Part shown: positions 1 through 5,876 of the stretch, piece after piece
Layout: each line of letters opens with the position of its first letter
Numbering within the stretch: position 1 is the stretch's first letter
From: an uncultured Opitutales bacterium
GTDB lineage: Bacteria > Verrucomicrobiota > Verrucomicrobiia > Opitutales > JBHJGM01
Assembly: GCA_964405825.1 (NCBI GenBank)
Contig: CAYOPI010000002.1
Span: forward strand, 32,728-96,727
Direction: 5' to 3'
DNA: 64,000 nt
Notes under the pieces: generated by a model
What the model was told of the DNA's origin: nothing
The model's database searches: none
What the model saw: only the letters and a program-made list of their open reading frames with translations
Translations under genes and position numbers: made by a program

Positions 1-255
1 CGGGTCGAATTGCTGGGCAAAGGCGCGCACTTGGGGGTGCTGCAGGAGCTGCTGCTGCAGGTGGAAGCGGTGATTGGCCAGACCGGCGGCATCCTCGATG
101 CCCGCCGCGGACAGCCGCTGGGAGAGGGCCGAGAGGGTTTGCGTCGGCGCGGCCGCCTCGGGGCCGCTGGTCGAAAAGGATTCGTTGACCGACTGGATAA
201 CCTTCTGGGCGACCGGGGCCACGACCCCTTCGATCAGACGGTGCCCGGCAGCCAT
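1..255 (-). CDS. hypothetical protein, N-terminal part only (ORF runs off the left edge)
   Basis: Absent from the ORF track because it has no stop in the window. My reverse-complement translation from the ATG at 255..253 gives MAAGHRLIEGVVAPVAQKVIQSVNESFSTSGPEAAAPTQTLSALSQRLSAAGIEDAAGLANHRFHLQQQLLQHPQVRAFAQQFDP with no stop and GC-rich third positions. The overlapping + strand ORFs (10..270, 74..385) are Arg/Gly/Leu-rich shadow-type sequence. No family recognised. Confidence 0.4.
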   Translation of the reverse strand, partial: MAAGHRLIEGVVAPVAQKVIQSVNESFSTSGPEAAAPTQTLSALSQRLSAAGIEDAAGLANHRFHLQQQLLQHPQVRAFAQQFDP

Positions 256-343
256 CAGGCCGGTGGCTAGGATTGGGTACATACGAGAATCAGCGATTGG
301 GCCGGGCGGCAGAAATTGCCGCTGCGGGCGTCACCTCGTATTG

Positions 344-359
344 AGCATTCGCGGTGCCA
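344..359 (-). promoter_or_regulatory. candidate sigma-54 (RpoN) -24/-12 promoter
   Basis: The minus-strand reading of 359..344 is TGGCACCGCGAATGCT. This is TGGCAC-N5-aTGCt, with GG-N10-GC spacing as in the consensus TGGCAC-N5-TTGCW. It lies between the cheW terminator (411..446) and the ATG at 255, in the same orientation, and is almost identical to the site at 24100..24115. Confidence 0.4.
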
Positions 360-410
360 AGGGTCCCCAAGGAGCCCTGGCCTGACTGCGCTAAGCCCTT
401 TTTTACAAAC

Positions 411-446
411 GGGAAACAAAACCCCCGACGCCCGTGGACGCCGGGG
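411..446 (-). terminator. rho-independent terminator downstream of cheW
   Basis: The minus-strand RNA reads CCCCGGCG-loop-CGUCGGGG, an 8-bp GC-rich stem with one G-U pair (423..430 pairs with 439..446). It is followed by UUUUGUUUCCC (421..411) and sits 62 nt after the cheW stop. Confidence 0.55.
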
Positions 447-508
447 ATTTTCTCCCCATCCCACTTCCTGTGGAAGCAAGTCAAAAAGCTGTCAGAAACC
501 GCGCTGGC

Positions 509-1021
509 TCAGAGGGAAAGGTTCTCGCCGAGAATGATCTTCTCGATGTCCAGAAGCGTCTTCACCTTCCCCTCGACCTTGGCGATGCCGAGGATGAACT
601 GGCTGTCGACGCGCCCGCCCAGATCGGGCTTCTCCTCGATTTGCTCGGCCGAGATGTTGAGGACCTCCTCAACGGCGTCGACGATCAGGCCGACGAGCAC
701 CTGGCCGCGGTCGGCACTCTGCACCTGCACAACAATAATGCACGTGCGGTCGTCGACCTGTTCGTGGCCGAGGCAGAACTTCACCCGCATGTCGATGACG
801 GGGATGACCTTTCCGCGCAGATTGAGCACGCCCTTGATGTAGTCGGGCACCTGCGGGACGGTGGTGATCTGCTGGTGCTGGATGATCTCCTTGATACGCA
901 GGACAGCGAGCCCGTAGGTCTCGGCCCCGAGCGTGAAGGTGAGGTATTTTTCGGAGACCGAGACGGTCGTCTTGGCGGTCGCAGGTTTGGCAGCGGTTTC
1001 AGTCACGGAGGGTGCAGTCAT
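509..1021 (-). CDS. cheW: chemotaxis coupling protein CheW
   Basis: 170 aa. CheW-like domain signature: YLTFTLGAETYGLAVLRIKEII...VPQVPDYIKGVLNLRGKVIPVIDMRVKF...IIVVQV...GLIVDAVEEVL. Confidence 0.9.
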   Translation of the reverse strand: MTAPSVTETAAKPATAKTTVSVSEKYLTFTLGAETYGLAVLRIKEIIQHQQITTVPQVPDYIKGVLNLRGKVIPVIDMRVKFCLGHEQVDDRTCIIVVQVQSADRGQVLVGLIVDAVEEVLNISAEQIEEKPDLGGRVDSQFILGIAKVEGKVKTLLDIEKIILGENLSL

Positions 1022-1087
1022 AGCAATCGATGGTCGGGATGCGGGCCGGGTGCAGGCATATACCCGCGGGCGGATTTCCGTGGGGTC

Positions 1088-1114
1088 TCATCGGTCGATG
1101 GAAAGGCGCCTTAA
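1088..1114 (-). promoter_or_regulatory. candidate sigma-28 (FliA) promoter for cheW
   Basis: The minus strand reads TTAAGGCG-N11-ACCGATGA against the consensus TAAAGTTT-N11-GCCGATAA. The -10 matches 6/8 with the CCGAT core intact; the -35 matches 4/8. It lies about 60-90 nt upstream of the cheW ATG (1021). fliA is present in the window. Confidence 0.3.
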
Positions 1115-1192
1115 GCCCTCGGGGAATACGTAACGAACGTTAGTTGATGAAGTTGTTAAAGAAATGTTAGTTTCCGACGATCCATCTCATTG

Positions 1193-1399
1193 ATGAAATC
1201 ACAGCCTCCATCGGCCGGAGCCTCGCCCAAACCATTTCTGGGCGTGTACTTTGCCGATTGCGGGGTCTACGGTCGACTGTACCGCCTGCAGGACGGCAGC
1301 GCCTACCAGGGGAAATGCCCCGCCTGCGGCCACAACTGCCGCGTGCGCGTTGGCCCGAGCGGAAGCACGCAGCGCTTTTTCATCGCCCACTGCCGCTGA
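1193..1399 (+). CDS. small Cys-rich (zinc-ribbon-like) hypothetical protein
   Basis: ORF track 1190..1399 (TTG then ATG; ATG at 1193 preferred). The sequence contains ...FADCG...GKCPACGHNCRV...AHCR (five Cys including a CPxC). Third positions are mostly G/C, and the competing overlapping ORFs look like shadow sequence. No family recognised. Confidence 0.45.
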   Translation: MKSQPPSAGASPKPFLGVYFADCGVYGRLYRLQDGSAYQGKCPACGHNCRVRVGPSGSTQRFFIAHCR

Positions 1400-1414
1400 A
1401 CGCCGGAGGCAGCT

Positions 1415-2347
1415 CTACTGCAGCGTGTCGACCAGCAGGGGCAACTTCCCGACGACGCGCTCCAGGCGCATGCGAGCCCGGTCGCCAACGTCGGCATCCG
1501 GGAAGATCACCTCCCAGGGGGGCGCGGAAACCCAGGCATCGGCGGGCGGGATGTCCAACGGCTCGGCCCCGGCCAAACCGCTGCAGCGTACGAGTGTGTC
1601 GGCCAGTTCCAGACAGGCGGAGAACCTGGGGTGTTCGGTGGCCAGGCTTGAGCCTACGTGAAATTCGACCGCGTCGGCCACGTCGGCGTTGACCTGGTGC
1701 CGCTTGAGGTAGAGAGCGCCGATCTGGGCGTGGTCCCAGCCGAGGCGCTCGCGCTCGGCCGCGGCGAAAGTTCCCGGCGAATCCACGGCAGCCGCGGAAA
1801 GGGACTCCGCAAAGACTTCGGGAAGAATCTGCGCCATCACCAGCAAGCCGATGTTGTGCACCAGACCGCTCACGTAGCCCAGATCCTGTTCATCCGAGAA
1901 TCCGGCCAGGGAGTGAATCTCGCGATTGGCGATGGCGACGGCCAGGCTGTGCTCCCAAAAGGCCTGCCAGGTTGCCTGACTGGAGCTGTTTGCGCTGAGC
2001 GAGGCCGCTTCGTCGATGACCGGCAGGCTCAGGGCCAGCTCGCGGATCTGGCGCAGACCCAGGTAAAAAACGGCGTCCTCGATATACTCCACGCGGCGGG
2101 CCAGGCCAAAGAAGGCCGAGTTGACCATCTTCAGAACGCGGGCGGCGAGGCTGGGGTCGCGCTCGACGACTTCGGCGATCTCGGAGGCGGTGGTGGCCTC
2201 ATCGCTGAGGCGCTCGCGCAGGGACTCGCCGATGCGGCGCAGGGACGGCAGTTCGGGGCAGTCGTCAATGAGCGCGCGCAGCTCGTCCGGGGGCAGGCCT
2301 TTCGGCGTGTCCGAATCGGGCCGAGGCTTTTTGCGCGAAACGAGCAT
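1415..2347 (-). CDS. stand-alone HDOD domain protein
   Basis: 310 aa. HDOD-type pattern: ASEIAEVVERDPSLAARVLKMVNSAFFGLARRVEYIEDAVFYLGLRQIRELALSL...WEHSLAVAIA...GLVHNIGLLVM...ERERLGWDHAQIGALYLKRH. Confidence 0.85.
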   Translation of the reverse strand: MLVSRKKPRPDSDTPKGLPPDELRALIDDCPELPSLRRIGESLRERLSDEATTASEIAEVVERDPSLAARVLKMVNSAFFGLARRVEYIEDAVFYLGLRQIRELALSLPVIDEAASLSANSSSQATWQAFWEHSLAVAIANREIHSLAGFSDEQDLGYVSGLVHNIGLLVMAQILPEVFAESLSAAAVDSPGTFAAAERERLGWDHAQIGALYLKRHQVNADVADAVEFHVGSSLATEHPRFSACLELADTLVRCSGLAGAEPLDIPPADAWVSAPPWEVIFPDADVGDRARMRLERVVGKLPLLVDTLQ

Positions 2348-2364
2348 CGTTGGAAAGCATCCTC

Positions 2365-3219
2365 TTAGGATTGACCCTGGGCCTTGATCAGGCCTTTCAC
2401 GTCGTCGAGTCGATCGACGACCTGGATGACGACCTGCTGAATCGAATCGGACGTTTGCCGGGCACGCTTGAGGGCGCTTTCGTCGAGGTGGAAGGCCCAG
2501 GCGTCGCGCCCGTGGTTGGCGCCGATGAGGGCCGCGGCGTAAACGGCTGCATGTAACACCGATGTCATCCCCTGATGGCCGCTGGCAGAAGCGGGCACGT
2601 ACTGGTGCTCGATCGGCAGGCAGGCTTCCTCGGGAAACTTCCAGTGCTTGAGCAGGGCCGCCGAAGCCGCGGCGTGATCGAAGCCGAGGACTTCACGTTC
2701 GGCCTCGAGCATGGTGAGCCCCTCAGTCTCGATCTTCTCGTACACCGACTCGTAAAGATCCGCACCGAGCTGGTTGATGGCCATCTTTCCGATGCAGTGC
2801 ATCAGGCCCACGGTGTAAGCCAGCGAGGAAGCCTCTCCGGCCATCCCGGCAATGTTTTCAGCCGCCAGGGCGGTTGCCAGGGAGTGCTCCCAGAGCTGTC
2901 CCTCCGCCAGCAGGTAGGCATCGAGGCCCCCGCCGCCGATGAGCTTCTTGCATAGAATAAGGCTGACCAGTTTGTACAGTTCGCGGAAGCCCAGGCGGTT
3001 GACGGCTTCCTCCAGATCGGTGCTGGAGCTGGAAAAGCCGTAGTAGGCGCTGTTGCTGAGGGCGAGCACCTGGGTGGTGAGGGCAGGGTCGAGTTTGACC
3101 AGTTCGACGATGTCCCAGGCGTTGGCGTCGTCGCTTTCGAGGACAGTGAGCAGCCGGGGCAACACCTGCGGACTGGGCAGGAGCCGTTCGGTCTGAGCGA
3201 TGAGTTCGTCGAGCGTCAT
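2365..3219 (-). CDS. stand-alone HDOD domain protein
   Basis: An internal start in ORF 2365..4140 at MTLDELIAQTERLLPSPQVLPRLLTVLESDDANAWDIVELVKLDPALTTQVLALSNSAYYGF... gives 284 aa. The ATG (3219..3217) overlaps the cheD stop (3218..3216) as ATGA. Further motifs: WEHSLATALAAE, GLMHCIGKMAI, REVLGFDHAAASAALLKHW. Confidence 0.85.
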   Translation of the reverse strand: MTLDELIAQTERLLPSPQVLPRLLTVLESDDANAWDIVELVKLDPALTTQVLALSNSAYYGFSSSSTDLEEAVNRLGFRELYKLVSLILCKKLIGGGGLDAYLLAEGQLWEHSLATALAAENIAGMAGEASSLAYTVGLMHCIGKMAINQLGADLYESVYEKIETEGLTMLEAEREVLGFDHAAASAALLKHWKFPEEACLPIEHQYVPASASGHQGMTSVLHAAVYAAALIGANHGRDAWAFHLDESALKRARQTSDSIQQVVIQVVDRLDDVKGLIKAQGQS

Positions 3220-3737
3220 GCCATCTCCAGGTAGCGGCTGCCCGAGGGCTGCTTGATTTCCAGGGTGCCCGTGGACAGCGTCAGGTGCAGCGTACGGTTG
3301 GTGGTGCCACCGACATCCTCGGCGATCGCCCGCAGGCCCGCGCCATTGAGGATCGACCGCACGGCAGCCACGTTGCGTTCGCCAATCTTGAAACTGTCGC
3401 TGCCGCTGAGCACGGCCGCCCCGCCCGCCAGCACAATCTTCTGGTTGCGGGTGTTCGCGCCGAGGCCCTGCAGGTCGCGAAAGAAGACCCGCAGCCCGGT
3501 GTCGGCAAACATGGCTGGCTGGTTGCGGGCCTTTTCGGGCGAGAGTTTGGACTCCGGCAGCATCACGTGGAGGATGCCGCCCACCCCGGTGCCTTTGTCG
3601 AAAGTAGCCACCGCCACGCACGAGCCCAACGCATAGGTGCTGACCGTTGCCGTGGCGTTGTTGGAGACGGCCTGATCGCCCACGCCAACCACTACACGCT
3701 GCGTAAAAATGCCGCCAATCGAAGGTGCGCCGCCCAC
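3216..3737 (-). CDS. cheD: chemoreceptor glutamine deamidase CheD
   Basis: 173 aa. CheD pattern: TYALGSCVAVATFD...GGILHVMLPES...FADTGLRVFFRDLQGLGA...KIVLAGGAAVL...IGERNVAAVRSILNGAGLRAIAEDVGG. Confidence 0.9.
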   Translation of the reverse strand: MGGAPSIGGIFTQRVVVGVGDQAVSNNATATVSTYALGSCVAVATFDKGTGVGGILHVMLPESKLSPEKARNQPAMFADTGLRVFFRDLQGLGANTRNQKIVLAGGAAVLSGSDSFKIGERNVAAVRSILNGAGLRAIAEDVGGTTNRTLHLTLSTGTLEIKQPSGSRYLEMA

Positions 3738-3788
3738 TGACTGCTTTCCCCTGAAGATTCTCCCCTGTGCCAGCCCCGTCGCCCCGCG

Positions 3789-5792
3789 TCAGTCCACGTA
3801 GGGTTCGCAGAGGATGGTATCGAGTTCGGCGAAGCGCTGGCGCTGTCGCGAGAGCGACTCGATGGTCAGGGAGCGTTTGTTCTCGAGGTTGGTCAGCTTC
3901 ATGTTGAGCAAGCGTTGATTGGAGTCGCTGGGTGGCTTGGGTTTGGGCGCAGCCTTGGTCTTGACGGCGGTCATGGTGACCTTGCGCGGCTTGGGCCGTC
4001 GGGTTTGCGGCAGGGTGAGGCCGCCGCCCACGAACATCACTCCCAGCGCACAATACGTCATGGAGAACTGATCGGTAAAAAGGATCCCCATATAAAGAAA
4101 GAATATGCCCAAAACCGTGGCGAAGAAGCCGGCCACGCACAAACCCGTGAAAGCGCCGCCGGATTTGTTGTCGTGGGAGAACTGCACTTTCACCTTGGGC
4201 GCCTGCTCGGCCTTTTCATCGTAGCGGCGGACGCGGTCGTCCTTCTTCATCGTGCCCAGCTCGGTGCTGATCTCATCGAGGGTCTTTTCATCGCGTTTGA
4301 TCTGCTCCTCGACCTCGTGCATTTCACGCAGGACGCAATCGCGGCACTCCTCCCAGGCGGTCCGAATCTTGCGGCTGAGTTCCCGCTCCTGCGGGTGCGG
4401 CACCAGCGCGTTGTATTCGCGGAACTGGCCCCGGAAGCTGTCGGCCACGGCCACGTTGCTGTCGGTCTCAAAGAAGTACTCCGGGTTATCCTGAGTGAAG
4501 GCGCGAATGGTGCGGCTGTCCCCGGGGAGGAGTTTCTCGACAAGCTTGTGGTTGAAAAAGCGAAAGCGTGAGAGCAGCGAAAGGACCTCCAGATCCGAGC
4601 CGCTGCCCACCATCTGGAACAGGTCGGTGCAGATGCGGGCGCGCTGGTGCAGGTGCTCGAAGTCTTCGGGCCGTCGAATCTCATGCCAGGCGCGCAGGGC
4701 CTCGGCCACTTCCACGCTGACCTGAAAGCCGCCATTGATCGGCGACAGCCCCAGTTCGAGGCGAAGCTTGAGGTAGGCAAAGGCGGCGTCGCCCTCGGCC
4801 TTGCCGCTGAAGAAACGCAGGAAGTCCCGGTTGAACCAACGTACGTGGGCAGCCCAGAGCATCCAGCCGATCTCCTCCTCGTTCTTGCCCTTGAAGATGC
4901 CCTCGACGTGGTCGACGTCACTTTCCACCTGCTCGGAGCGGCGTTGATTGAGGATGGCCTGCAGCTTACCGGGGTTACCCTGGGTGTCCTGCCAAAGGCA
5001 GTCAACGTCCAGCCCGGTGATGCTGGCCTCCTCGATGAAGCCGGCGACCTCCTCGCGGGTGAAGGGTTTCAGTTCGATCGTCTCGCCGGACTCGGCCAGG
5101 CCCAGCCAGACGTCGGCGAAGCTGGCCGTCTCCGCCGGGAGCTTCTCCAGGCAGGCGAAAAAGTGAGTCGCGCAGACCTCGTTGAACTCGGCCATGACCG
5201 GGCCCATCCACTCGTTGAGCCAGCGCTCGAGCGGGGAAGTCCAATGCTCGAAATCGTCGACGAACCAGAGCATGCGTACCTGCGAGGGCAGCTCGTCGGT
5301 GTCGGTGTCGGCGTCGTCGCGCTCGGTGATGAAGCGGTGCAGTTCCCGGGTCCACCACTCGGCGATTTCAGCCTCCAGACGGTCGGATGCGAAAGGGATG
5401 TTGGTGCCGTGATCGAGGCGGGCCAAACGCTGGTTGAAGGCGTGGCGAAACTGCGTCAGTCGTGCCTGCAAGGCCGGATGGCTGGCGCGCAGCACGGGAG
5501 TGATACTCTCCAGCCAGGCCCGAACGCCGCCGTCCTCCGCGGGTACCGGCAGCCGCACGCAAACGGCCGGAATCTGCAGGTCGACAAAACGCTGCCAGGC
5601 CGCATCGAGGAAGGTGCTCTTGCCGATGGACCGCGGCCCGACGACACACGTGACCGGCGGGGTCGTGGCCGGCTGCGCGCCGTGCCCGACCTCTTTCATG
5701 AGGCGGTCGAGTTCCGCCTGTCGTCCGATCAGTTTCTGGGGCATGTCGTGGGGGGACTCAACGGATGTAAAATCGTCCGTTGATCCGCCCAA
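3789..5792 (-). CDS. P-loop NTPase (AAA_16/Arch_ATPase/STAND-like N-terminus) with C-terminal coiled coils and a two-helix membrane hairpin
   Basis: 667 aa. LIGRQAELDRL precedes a Walker A, VVGPRSIGKST (aa 52-59, nt 5616..5639). A Walker-B-like MLWFVDDFEHW follows, then a long helical middle region. Two hydrophobic helices lie at aa 545-596 (GGAFTGLCVAGFFATVLGIFFLYMGILF...YCALGVMFVGGGLTL, nt 4005..4160), flanked by charged, coiled-coil-like segments. The start could also be MPQKLIGRQ (aa 17). Confidence 0.8.
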   Translation of the reverse strand: MGGSTDDFTSVESPHDMPQKLIGRQAELDRLMKEVGHGAQPATTPPVTCVVGPRSIGKSTFLDAAWQRFVDLQIPAVCVRLPVPAEDGGVRAWLESITPVLRASHPALQARLTQFRHAFNQRLARLDHGTNIPFASDRLEAEIAEWWTRELHRFITERDDADTDTDELPSQVRMLWFVDDFEHWTSPLERWLNEWMGPVMAEFNEVCATHFFACLEKLPAETASFADVWLGLAESGETIELKPFTREEVAGFIEEASITGLDVDCLWQDTQGNPGKLQAILNQRRSEQVESDVDHVEGIFKGKNEEEIGWMLWAAHVRWFNRDFLRFFSGKAEGDAAFAYLKLRLELGLSPINGGFQVSVEVAEALRAWHEIRRPEDFEHLHQRARICTDLFQMVGSGSDLEVLSLLSRFRFFNHKLVEKLLPGDSRTIRAFTQDNPEYFFETDSNVAVADSFRGQFREYNALVPHPQERELSRKIRTAWEECRDCVLREMHEVEEQIKRDEKTLDEISTELGTMKKDDRVRRYDEKAEQAPKVKVQFSHDNKSGGAFTGLCVAGFFATVLGIFFLYMGILFTDQFSMTYCALGVMFVGGGLTLPQTRRPKPRKVTMTAVKTKAAPKPKPPSDSNQRLLNMKLTNLENKRSLTIESLSRQRQRFAELDTILCEPYVD

Positions 5793-5876
5793 CTGAAGCG
5801 CAACCTACTCGAAACGAAGCGCTTGGAGACGGTGCCACCTATCCTGGCGACCGCTTGACCGGACTTGCCCCGCCGG

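Noticed and set aside
1-255. The partial ORF contains RLSAAGIEDAAGLANHRF, reminiscent of the flagellin/HAP N-terminal motif RLSSGLRINSAKDDAAGQAIANRF.
   Set aside because: The LRINSA segment is missing, the motif lies about 20 residues too far from the N-terminus, and the following sequence (HLQQQLLQHPQVRAF) lacks the conserved RNANDGIS region. I treat the resemblance as coincidental.
3220-4140. N-terminal 307 codons of ORF 2365..4140, which would give a 591-aa HDOD protein.
   Set aside because: The extension overlaps cheD and the NTPase gene in another frame and is Arg/Gly/Pro/Ala-rich. The HDOD domain begins right after the internal ATG at 3219, which forms an ATGA junction with cheD.
5832-5837. 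TGGCAC hexamer on the minus strand, 40 nt upstream of the NTPase gene start.
   Set aside because: There is no GC at the -12 position (the sequence continues CGTCTCCAAGCG, giving GG-N12-GC), and it is too close to the ATG.
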